A stretch of DNA of 44,018 nt, taken from a virus. Location of the stretch: IMG/VR virus record IMGVR_UViG_3300045988_037151, positions 1-44,018 of that record; one strand, written 5' to 3'. The position numbers and the translations under genes were made by a program. Shown piece by piece: positions 38,380 to 44,018 of the stretch (position 1 is its first letter; each line of letters begins with the position of its first letter). The notes beneath the pieces were generated by a model, which was not told where the DNA came from, did no database searches, and saw only the letters and a program-made list of their open reading frames with translations.

Positions 38380-38779
38380 GCTTTACCTCCTGTATATTTA
38401 CCTCAACTCTCGGAGTTTCCGAGTAATATTTGGCCACCGTACAGCGTACAATTTGTGCATCATCCTTGTATGCGCATCCGTTCAGCGCATCGCAAATGAT
38501 CTTTGCCACATTATCGCAGTCCGGCTTTTTGGCTGGGCGGATATGCCCCAGCAGCATTTCCATCCGTTTTGCCTTGCTGGTGCTCTTTGGTATGGGGCAC
38601 CATGCCACGATAAGCACATTCAGCGCGGCATCATTCGCAAAGCGCTCCCCGCCCGCTTTCGCCCAGCAAGCTCTTACAAGCCCCTCATAGCGTCTTGTTT
38701 CCTCCGGGGTATAAGTTCCCCTCCTAGTCACTCTAGGCCGCGCCTTGCCCCGTGGGGCGCCCGGAATCGTAATTCTCAC
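38372..38779 (-). CDS. rusA: RusA-family Holliday junction resolvase
   Basis: 135 aa. Matches the RusA pattern: PGAPRGKARPR, then PIPKSTSKAK, then KPDCDNVAKIICDALNGCAYKDDAQI. Confidence 0.85.
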   Translation of the reverse strand: MRITIPGAPRGKARPRVTRRGTYTPEETRRYEGLVRACWAKAGGERFANDAALNVLIVAWCPIPKSTSKAKRMEMLLGHIRPAKKPDCDNVAKIICDALNGCAYKDDAQIVRCTVAKYYSETPRVEVNIQEVKHE

Positions 38780-38931
38780 GCCATGCCTCCTAACTTCATC
38801 TGCTCCGGGGTTATTTCCTCAACAGAAACAACCACTGTATCGCCCCAGCGCTCCAGATCCATTGCTATCTGCTCCTTCACGCCGATAGCCTGACCGGTAG
38901 GTGCATCGACCTCAATCGTAACTCTGAGCAT
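38776..38931 (-). CDS. Possible small protein (51 aa)
   Basis: My own translation is MLRVTIEVDAPTGQAIGVKEQIAMDLERWGDTVVVSVEEITPEQMKLGGMA. Its stop overlaps the rusA GTG (GTGA). Confidence 0.35.
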   Translation of the reverse strand: MLRVTIEVDAPTGQAIGVKEQIAMDLERWGDTVVVSVEEITPEQMKLGGMA

Positions 38932-39286
38932 TTCTTCGCTCCCTCTGCGTTGGCAGTCCGCGTTTGCGCCGCCAATAACCGATCGTCGTATGGTTCAGGC
39001 CGGTTTCGGCGCTGATCTGGTAGTCCGTCAGCCCCTGCTCCCACATGGCCGTCAGCTGGTCGTTGATCTGTGCCGTCACATTCCACGGCTCCTTTTCCGG
39101 CTCAATGTCGGCTTTCGGCATCGGAGCCGGTAGCCGGTTCTTCTCCTTTGCGCCCCTAAGCGGTTCATACGCCGTGCATTCTTTGCCCGGCGGGCATGGG
39201 CGGCGCTTGTTTGTCGCGCCGATGTAATCGCACCAGCCGCTCCCAAAACCGTATTTGCACTTACGGCACTTAACTCCAGTGCTCAT
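38912..39286 (-). CDS. Zinc-ribbon plus C-terminal HTH protein
   Basis: ATG at 39286 with GGGAGG 6 nt upstream. The product has CRKCKYG...CDY...CPPGKEC, then LTDYQISAETGLNHTTIGYWRRKRGL. Confidence 0.5.
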   Translation of the reverse strand: MSTGVKCRKCKYGFGSGWCDYIGATNKRRPCPPGKECTAYEPLRGAKEKNRLPAPMPKADIEPEKEPWNVTAQINDQLTAMWEQGLTDYQISAETGLNHTTIGYWRRKRGLPTQRERRNAQSYD

Positions 39287-39611
39287 AGCGTTCCTCCCAG
39301 CTAAGATATTCGGGGCCGAAGATCTGTTCCTGCTGACGGTCGATGCGGTCTCGGATGTAGTCGGATTCCGGGTTTTTGCTGATAGCCTGCATATACTCTG
39401 GCCAGCGGGCGTTAAACTCCTCGGAAATCTTTGTGAGTCGTTCCGCTCCGAATCCGTAGCAGTCATTTAGCAGCCCCGCCATAACATCAAGCGTTAGCTG
39501 AGTGGCCCACATAGTGATAATCCGGTCTCGGGCTTCCCGCCGCTTTTGCAGTTCCTGCGCATAGGTCTGTCCCCGCATCTGGCGATGCGTCGAGTGCTTC
39601 TTATTCGCCAT
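39270..39611 (-). CDS. Hypothetical protein
   Basis: ATG at 39611. 113 aa, in the early operon. Confidence 0.45.
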   Translation of the reverse strand: MANKKHSTHRQMRGQTYAQELQKRREARDRIITMWATQLTLDVMAGLLNDCYGFGAERLTKISEEFNARWPEYMQAISKNPESDYIRDRIDRQQEQIFGPEYLSWEERYEHWS

Positions 39612-40233
39612 TTTCGACCTCCTGCACATCGATAGTCACCGAGACTCTTTTCCCCGCAAACATATTGGCTAGTATCTTAACCGCGTCGAAATCGAAGCGG
39701 TTAAGCTCACTTCGCGCCGAAATAACGGGAGTATCAGCCAGCTGATCGGTCTGAAGGTCTGGCACTTTCTCGATTTGAGCGTCTTCTTCAGCAGCGCATC
39801 CGCCACCGGCGCTGGATTCTAAGACCTTCCGGATAGCTTCTGCGGTTTCGGGGGTGATTTTCGCCCCCTGTTTACGCTTGATCTTTTGGGATATTCCCAC
39901 CCGTTTCGCATGTGCACTCAGTGTACCGGGGCTTAACTGCCAGAAATGCTGCCCAAGCGTACTCACGCCAACCCCAAAGCGCTCCATCCAGTGGTTAAGA
40001 TAGTCCGCCTGAAAGTCTACCGGGAATCCTTTGAAATCTTTGTAGCTATACACCTTGTCCAAACTGTACACTACGCACTTCCCGTTCATTTTTTTGAGCT
40101 GGGAGGGGGTAAGTGCATCGCTTGGCAGGGAACACGCCCTTGATCTGCTTCCGCGCTTCACATGAGAAGCACTGTGCGCGATTTGCTTTTTCTCGCGGCA
40201 ATCGCTCACAAAGGTTCGTTCATACTCGTTCAT
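39601..40233 (-). CDS. Hypothetical protein of the replication module
   Basis: 210 aa, downstream of and overlapping the replication organiser gene. LSPGTLSAHAKRVGISQ may be an HTH. Confidence 0.45.
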   Translation of the reverse strand: MNEYERTFVSDCREKKQIAHSASHVKRGSRSRACSLPSDALTPSQLKKMNGKCVVYSLDKVYSYKDFKGFPVDFQADYLNHWMERFGVGVSTLGQHFWQLSPGTLSAHAKRVGISQKIKRKQGAKITPETAEAIRKVLESSAGGGCAAEEDAQIEKVPDLQTDQLADTPVISARSELNRFDFDAVKILANMFAGKRVSVTIDVQEVENGE

Positions 40234-41026
40234 CCTGTTTCACCTCTTCTTCCGCGTCCATTTCCGCTAAAGCATTCTGCATCCACTCCGCGTTCTGTTT
40301 CGCCCTACTGGGCACACGCGGCGCTTCTCCCGGCTTTGCCGGGGTCGGGAAGCTGTCCTTGCGGGGAGCGTCTTTCACTTCGTCCTCCCAGCCTTCGGCG
40401 CGTAACCATGTTGCGGGGTTAGGGACGTACTGCCCTCCCTCCTTCGTCCAGTCGTGGGAGGCGACTAACAGTGGCAGCTTCGCCATTATGGCCGAGATGA
40501 TCTCTCTGCTAGGCTTTAACTGCGCCCACGCCTTCTTGGCCTCGCCTTTGGATTTTTTCCGGGGATATAAAGCCCAGAAAGCATCAAAATCCGGATCAGG
40601 CAGCTCTTGCGTGGTTTTCTTCCGCCCCCTTGAGGGGGGTAAGGGGGGTGTCTCTCCGTTAGGAGAGATAGAACTTGTATTTGAACTTGAATTTGAATTA
40701 GGTTTTTTAGGTTTCGCTAGGTTATCTTCGGTTTCGCTAGGTTTTTTAGGTTTCGCTTGGTTATCTTCGGTTTTCTTAGGACGTCCACCCATGGCCCCGT
40801 TTTGCCTTCTAGCTTCGCTTGCTTTGCTGTAGGAGTCCTGCATTCGATCTTCCTGAGCGATAATCCGCTTGATGTAAAACCGCTCGTTTCCACTCGGCTC
40901 CAGCTGCTCACCGGTTATGCTGTATGTAAGCAGCATCCGGCACAACCGCCCGAATTCCTCGTCGGTAAGCTCTGACATCTCGTCAAGGTAGTCATGCATC
41001 AGAGCTACGTAATTTCGCTTGCTCAT
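40220..41026 (-). CDS. Replication organiser/initiator-like protein
   Basis: ATG at 41026 in an ATGA overlap. The C-terminal motif FDAFWALYPRKKSKGEAKKAWAQL...PNPATWLRAEGWEDE is typical of phage replication proteins from memory. The central low-complexity linker is encoded by repeats. Confidence 0.55.
   Translation of the reverse strand: MSKRNYVALMHDYLDEMSELTDEEFGRLCRMLLTYSITGEQLEPSGNERFYIKRIIAQEDRMQDSYSKASEARRQNGAMGGRPKKTEDNQAKPKKPSETEDNLAKPKKPNSNSSSNTSSISPNGETPPLPPSRGRKKTTQELPDPDFDAFWALYPRKKSKGEAKKAWAQLKPSREIISAIMAKLPLLVASHDWTKEGGQYVPNPATWLRAEGWEDEVKDAPRKDSFPTPAKPGEAPRVPSRAKQNAEWMQNALAEMDAEEEVKQDERV
40699..40776. repeat. 39-bp tandem duplication inside the replication gene (iteron-like)
   Basis: The two units are taggttttttaggtttcgctaggttatcttcggtttcgc and taggttttttaggtttcgcttggttatcttcggttttct. 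ggtttcgct occurs three times. Confidence 0.8.
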
Positions 41027-41250
41027 TCGACACCACTTCTTCGGTTCCAAGCCTTTGCGAGTCTATCACAAGCCTTGTTGTCCCACGCATCGTTTTTTGC
41101 TGGGTCATCTGCACTTGAGCATCCTTTAGTCCTTGCGCCACAGCAATCACATTCAATCCACGCGAAGTATACATCCAGCCGTTGATTGAAGTTGCGATTA
41201 AAGTAAACGTCTTCACTGCCGCAGAACGGGCACTGGAGTAATTTGTCCAT
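41023..41250 (-). CDS. Lar-family-like zinc-ribbon protein (second copy)
   Basis: 75 aa, with LLQCPFCGS, then CDCCGA, then AKAWNRR. Confidence 0.55.
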   Translation of the reverse strand: MDKLLQCPFCGSEDVYFNRNFNQRLDVYFAWIECDCCGARTKGCSSADDPAKNDAWDNKACDRLAKAWNRRSGVE

Positions 41251-41261
41251 GTTATACCTCC

Positions 41262-41660
41262 TTAAAACGGCAGGTGGTCGTCGTTGTCATCCAGCTCGTC
41301 AAATTCAGGCACGGTGGGCGGTGCCGTTTCTTCCTTGCGGGTGCTGTCGGCAAAGTATACGTTGTCTGCAACAACTTCCGCTGTGCGGCGTTTATTGCCG
41401 TTCCTGTCCTGCCAGTCGCGCATCTGCAATCGGCCTTCCACGACCGCCTGACGGCCTTTGGTGAAGTACCTGCTCACGAACTCGCCGGTATTGCGCCACG
41501 CTACGATGTCGATGAAATCCGTCTCCTTTTGACCGCTGGCTTTGTCCTTAAAATCTCTCTCCACCGCAAGGGTGAAGGAAGTAACCGCCGTACCGCTGCC
41601 GGTGTGTCTCAACTCAGGGTCTTTAGTCAATCTCCCCATGAGGACGATTTTATTCAGCAT
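41262..41660 (-). CDS. ssb: Single-stranded DNA-binding protein
   Basis: 132 aa. Starts MLNKIVLMGRLTKDPELRHT, continues with F..IV.W and the OB-fold pattern, and has an acidic tail DDNDDHLPF. Confidence 0.92.
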   Translation of the reverse strand: MLNKIVLMGRLTKDPELRHTGSGTAVTSFTLAVERDFKDKASGQKETDFIDIVAWRNTGEFVSRYFTKGRQAVVEGRLQMRDWQDRNGNKRRTAEVVADNVYFADSTRKEETAPPTVPEFDELDDNDDHLPF

Positions 41661-41961
41661 TGCTATACCCCTTCCTGTATGTCAGCTTGTTTTCGTTCCA
41701 ATAGGGATATTTACCTTGCAGATACATCTTGATGTACCGCCGGTATTCGTCCCGCCTGTGGCTTTGGTCGTAAGTCTGGTGGCACATCCAGCAGAGTGTC
41801 ACGATGTTCTGCTCGATGCCGAGTCCGCCTTGTGCGCGGCTGATATAGTGCGCCACTGGGTCACCGGGCTGACCGCAGATGATACAGCGGCCTTTGTCCC
41901 GATCATATACAGCCGCTTTGACTTTAGGCGGGATGTTCGTCGCTTTGGTCTGCTTTCGCAC
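41650..41961 (-). CDS. HNH endonuclease
   Basis: 103 aa, with CIICG, then AHYISRAQGG, then NIVTLCWMCH. Confidence 0.8.
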   Translation of the reverse strand: MRKQTKATNIPPKVKAAVYDRDKGRCIICGQPGDPVAHYISRAQGGLGIEQNIVTLCWMCHQTYDQSHRRDEYRRYIKMYLQGKYPYWNENKLTYRKGYSNAE

Positions 41962-42475
41962 CGCTGTCCTCCTTCCATTGATTCAAAAGGCTGTCGATCT
42001 CTTCCTGCGGGCGGGTCTCAACGCCCAGTGCCTTGCAGTCTTGCACGCAGTTTTCGATAAGCGTTGCCATCTGTGCTGCATCAAAGTCAGATGAGCCGTA
42101 GTAAGCGAGGACGGTAGTGCATCCCTTAATTTTGCTTTCCCGTGTCTCAATCTGCCGCCCGTAGTGGTCTGAGCACCAAAGTTCGGTAAATTTTCCGACT
42201 GCATCCGTGACCATGCAATAAGTCTCGTAGTTGCTCACACCAACGATGTGCCGCCGGTATACCTCATGTGCTGATACGCCCATATGACGTGCAAGCTTGC
42301 CGCATAACTCCCAGTAGTAAGCATTTGCATCCAGACTGCGCCGCTTTGTCTTGCGCTTGATGGTAACGGTGTAGTCCTTATCTGCAACCACCTCACCCTG
42401 CTGTTCCGCAGGGGAGGGGACGCAGATATAACCGGCAAAATACTGGATGTCGGAGCCTTTGCAATTGATGGTCAT
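41924..42475 (-). CDS. NinB/Orf-like recombination mediator
   Basis: 183 aa. KRRSLDANAYYWELCGKLA parallels lambda NinB RNRSLDQNRKLWACLGDV (from memory). Confidence 0.5.
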   Translation of the reverse strand: MTINCKGSDIQYFAGYICVPSPAEQQGEVVADKDYTVTIKRKTKRRSLDANAYYWELCGKLARHMGVSAHEVYRRHIVGVSNYETYCMVTDAVGKFTELWCSDHYGRQIETRESKIKGCTTVLAYYGSSDFDAAQMATLIENCVQDCKALGVETRPQEEIDSLLNQWKEDSGAKADQSDEHPA

Positions 42476-43110
42476 GCAGGATGTGCCTCCGCATCAGCTT
42501 TGAGCGCTCGTTTTGCTTCCTCTTTGGCTTCCTTCTTCTGTGCATTCTTCATGCACAAGGCGCAGAGGGGGCGACCAAAGCGGCCGGAAGAGTAAGTAAC
42601 CATATCATGCACCGGCCATGCGCTGCCATCTTTCCGGGTGACGCTCGTGATCTCAGAGCCGCAGTCGGAGCACGGTACAGCCGCCGCTCTGCGTTCCGCT
42701 TCCTCAGCGTCCAACTGTGCAGAACTGATCTTGTCCGGGTCTTCGCCGGTCGGAATGCCGAAAACCCGCAGCCACATATACTTGTAGGCATATGTCATAG
42801 CCTTGCCAGCGCCCTTGTCCTGCGAATCCGCACCATCGCCGCAGGAAACAACCTCGATATACTCATCCGGCGATTCCGTGTTGACGATGCGATACCTCAC
42901 ATCGACGTGGGAAATCTGCCCGTTTCGGCTCGACGTCATGTCCACCGGGAAAACGATAAGCCCCTGCTCTACCATCTGCTGGCGCATGATGGTAGTAACC
43001 TTTTCCTCCGACAATGCCTTGTAGGCCGTCTTGCCAAACTCGACTTTATCATCTTTGGCCATGCGCTGGACGTTTTTCCAGATGTTTGCCAACTTTTCAT
43101 AGATGTTCAT
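42472..43110 (-). CDS. ERF-family single-strand annealing protein with a C-terminal zinc ribbon
   Basis: 212 aa. IYEKLANIW, then YKALSEEKV, then GDGADSQDKGAGKAMTYAYKYMWLRVFGIPTGEDPD, then CSDCG...CALC. Confidence 0.65.
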   Translation of the reverse strand: MNIYEKLANIWKNVQRMAKDDKVEFGKTAYKALSEEKVTTIMRQQMVEQGLIVFPVDMTSSRNGQISHVDVRYRIVNTESPDEYIEVVSCGDGADSQDKGAGKAMTYAYKYMWLRVFGIPTGEDPDKISSAQLDAEEAERRAAAVPCSDCGSEITSVTRKDGSAWPVHDMVTYSSGRFGRPLCALCMKNAQKKEAKEEAKRALKADAEAHPA

Positions 43111-43358
43111 CCGATCTTAATCTCCTTCCACATCTTTTCCCGGAGGCAGTCCGGGCAAATGCCGTCGGCCAGCTTCCACGGCTTCCACCAGTCGCCGCAT
43201 TCCTCGCACTGTTCTGCGTCAGTGTATTCCGTATCGCCGCAGTTCGGGCAGCAAGCCCACCATTCGTGCCGCCAGCTGATTCCGTCCTCAAGCGGGATGT
43301 CTCGGATGTCAGGGCGGTCAAAAATCAGGCCGCAATCCTCGTTCGTGCATACAAACAT
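43107..43358 (-). CDS. Cys-rich zinc-ribbon protein
   Basis: 83 aa. GAGGTG upstream. Four C..C pairs are present. Confidence 0.5.
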   Translation of the reverse strand: MFVCTNEDCGLIFDRPDIRDIPLEDGISWRHEWWACCPNCGDTEYTDAEQCEECGDWWKPWKLADGICPDCLREKMWKEIKIG

Positions 43359-43385
43359 TGACTTTTCACCTCATTCTGCTATAAT
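43358..43385 (+). promoter_or_regulatory. Strong plus-strand promoter: TTGACT, 16 nt, TGcTATAAT (extended -10)
   Basis: TTGACT at 43358..43363, TG at 43377..43378, TATAAT at 43380..43385. The -35 overlaps the ATG of the minus-strand gene 43107..43358. Confidence 0.55.
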
Positions 43386-43391
43386 AAGGGA

Positions 43392-43451
43392 GTACCATGT
43401 CTTACCCCTAGTGGCTCTCACGGCGTTGCCTCGCTGTGAGAGCCGTTTTTT
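43392..43451 (+). ncRNA. Predicted small antisense RNA of about 60 nt
   Basis: Defined by the promoter above and the intrinsic terminator 43413..43451. It contains only a 4-codon ORF and is antisense to the intercistronic leader of the minus-strand early operon. Confidence 0.45.
43413..43451 (+). terminator. Intrinsic terminator (plus strand)
   Basis: ggctctcacggcg (43413..43425) pairs with cgctgtgagagcc (43432..43444), 13 bp including one G-U, around a 6-nt loop. It is followed by gTTTTTT (43445..43451). Confidence 0.7.
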
Positions 43452-43453
43452 GT

Positions 43454-43651
43454 TCACAGGCTGATTTCCTTGAGGTTGCGCCAGAAAAGCTGGTGCCGTG
43501 CAGCCTTCTCCGCCGCAAGACGCGCTCTGCGCTCCCTCTCCTGCCGAATCTTGCGCCGCCGGTATGCCCGGACTGCTGCTGCGCCCAACGTGTCCAGCAG
43601 GGCGAATCCGGCTGCACCAAGTGCCAGCCAATAAAGTGTTGTGCTTGCCAT
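43454..43651 (-). CDS. Small membrane protein with an Arg-rich tail
   Basis: 65 aa. TLYWLALGAAGFALLDTLGAAAV is a TM segment, followed by RAYRRRKIRQERERRARL. Confidence 0.5.
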   Translation of the reverse strand: MASTTLYWLALGAAGFALLDTLGAAAVRAYRRRKIRQERERRARLAAEKAARHQLFWRNLKEISL

Positions 43652-43654
43652 GTC

Positions 43655-44018
43655 TTAAACCTCCTTTTTCAAAAGCTCTGGGGCGTATCGCTTCGCCGCA
43701 AGCTCGATATACAGCCTCATTTCCGCTGCAAGCTCAGGTGTTTCCCCTGTTTCAGCGGCGTGTCTCTCGTTGTTATCTAGCCACCAAGCAATCGAGTGCA
43801 CTTGACACCCAATTCTGAGATCGCCCAGAGAAGCAGCATTGACGAAGTACTTGGAGGACTGGATTTGCAGCGGGGATTCGCTCCAAGCGTCGCCGTACAC
43901 CCAAGCGTTGCCGTACACCCGAGCGTTGCCGTACACCCAAGCGTCGCCGTACACCCAAGCGTTGCCGTACACCTGAGCGTCGCCGTACACCCAAGCGTTG
44001 CCGTACACCCAAGCGTTG
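43655..44018 (-). CDS. YdcK-like hexapeptide-repeat protein, copy A, C-terminal part (joins 348..1 across the circular junction)
   Basis: ...YGNAWVYGDAWSESPLQIQSSKYFVNAASLGDLRIGCQVHSIAWWLDNNERHAAETGETPELAAEMRLYIELAAKRYAPELLKKEV. It is in frame with 348..1 once the 52-nt overlap is collapsed. Confidence 0.8.
   Translation of the reverse strand, partial: NAWVYGNAWVYGDAQVYGNAWVYGDAWVYGNARVYGNAWVYGDAWSESPLQIQSSKYFVNAASLGDLRIGCQVHSIAWWLDNNERHAAETGETPELAAEMRLYIELAAKRYAPELLKKEV
43883..44018 (-). repeat. 18-bp tandem repeat array, right part of the copy A array
   Basis: Same unit as 1..207. About 16 units in total after collapsing the overlap. Confidence 0.9.
43967..44018. repeat. 52-nt terminal overlap identical to positions 1..52 (circularisation signature)
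   Basis: Read directly: both are gtacacctgagcgtcgccgtacacccaagcgttgccgtacacccaagcgttg. The overlap lies inside an 18-bp tandem array, so the unit count could be mis-assembled. Confidence 0.9.

Larger units (their letters stand above)
1..44018. mobile_element. Complete temperate siphovirus-like phage genome, circularly closed contig (unique length 43,966 bp)
   Basis: No recognisable host genes. Full modules are present for lysogeny (integrase, XRE repressors), recombination/replication (ERF, NinB-like, SSB, RusA), packaging (TerS, TerL, SPP1-type portal, MuF), head, non-contractile tail (major tail, G/GT, tape measure, Dit, Tal, fibres) and lysis (holin, amidase). The suffix 43967..44018 equals the prefix 1..52, and a CDS is in frame across that junction. 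Confidence 0.85.

Noticed and set aside
43394-43408. A mini-ORF (ATG TCT TAC CCC TAG, with AGGGAG upstream) inside the predicted sRNA, as a leader peptide or toxin.
   Set aside because: Four codons are too short to evaluate. The SD-like sequence is simply the complement of the region near the minus-strand gene's leader. The transcript is treated as non-coding.
1-44018. Interpretation as an integrated prophage with host flanking DNA in the window.
   Set aside because: There are no host-like genes anywhere. The two ends share an exact 52-nt overlap and complete one gene in frame, and int/attP are internal and uninterrupted.

Overview
The window looks like a complete, circularly closed genome of a temperate siphovirus-type phage, or the excised form of a prophage. 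The host is Gram-positive and probably clostridial; that inference is weak and rests on GGAGG Shine-Dalgarno sites, an Amidase_3 endolysin with PG-binding repeats, and a phiLC3-type holin. The last 52 nt (43967..44018) are identical to the first 52 nt, and one gene reads in frame across that junction, so the unique length is 43,966 bp. I see no host genes.

Almost all genes are on the minus strand. Map in + coordinates:
- 1..972 and 35.5..44 kb: one leftward early operon that wraps the junction. It holds a Cro-like XRE, HTH proteins, two paralogous YdcK-like hexapeptide-repeat proteins, ERF, a NinB-like protein, an HNH, SSB, two Lar-like proteins, a replication organiser, RusA, a MazG-like protein and a late regulator.
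- 1.0..2.5 kb: a DUF932 operon facing a divergent XRE repressor across an operator-bearing switch.
- 2.6..6.7 kb: lysogeny and accessory island, with membrane proteins, a frameshifted membrane-anchored HNH nuclease, an XRE protein and a tyrosine integrase.
- 6.7..7.0 kb: candidate attP.
- 7.0..10.2 kb: an insulated cargo cassette of low-complexity proteins.
- 10.4..11.8 kb: an operator-controlled three-gene module.
- 11.8..16.0 kb: lysis genes interleaved with the tail fibre.
- 16..25 kb: tail genes. 25..31 kb: head genes plus a tRNA-Thr. 31..35.4 kb: packaging genes plus ParB-like and GT-A-like genes.

The most striking observation is the terminase large subunit. It is interrupted at its nuclease motif by an intein whose N and C splicing halves lie in different reading frames. 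A separately initiated HNH endonuclease gene sits between them. This is a 'fractured gene' that would need protein trans-splicing to make functional TerL.

Other leads:
- Array-specific homogenised 18-bp repeats in the two YdcK-like paralogs.
- An 11-bp tandem duplication that breaks the membrane-anchored HNH gene.
- A promoter-plus-terminator-defined ~60-nt antisense sRNA in the early operon.
- A split MuF gene with an extra C-terminal domain.
- A possible spore-surface-like cargo cassette.

All functional calls come from reading the translations and from motifs recalled from memory. No searches were run.
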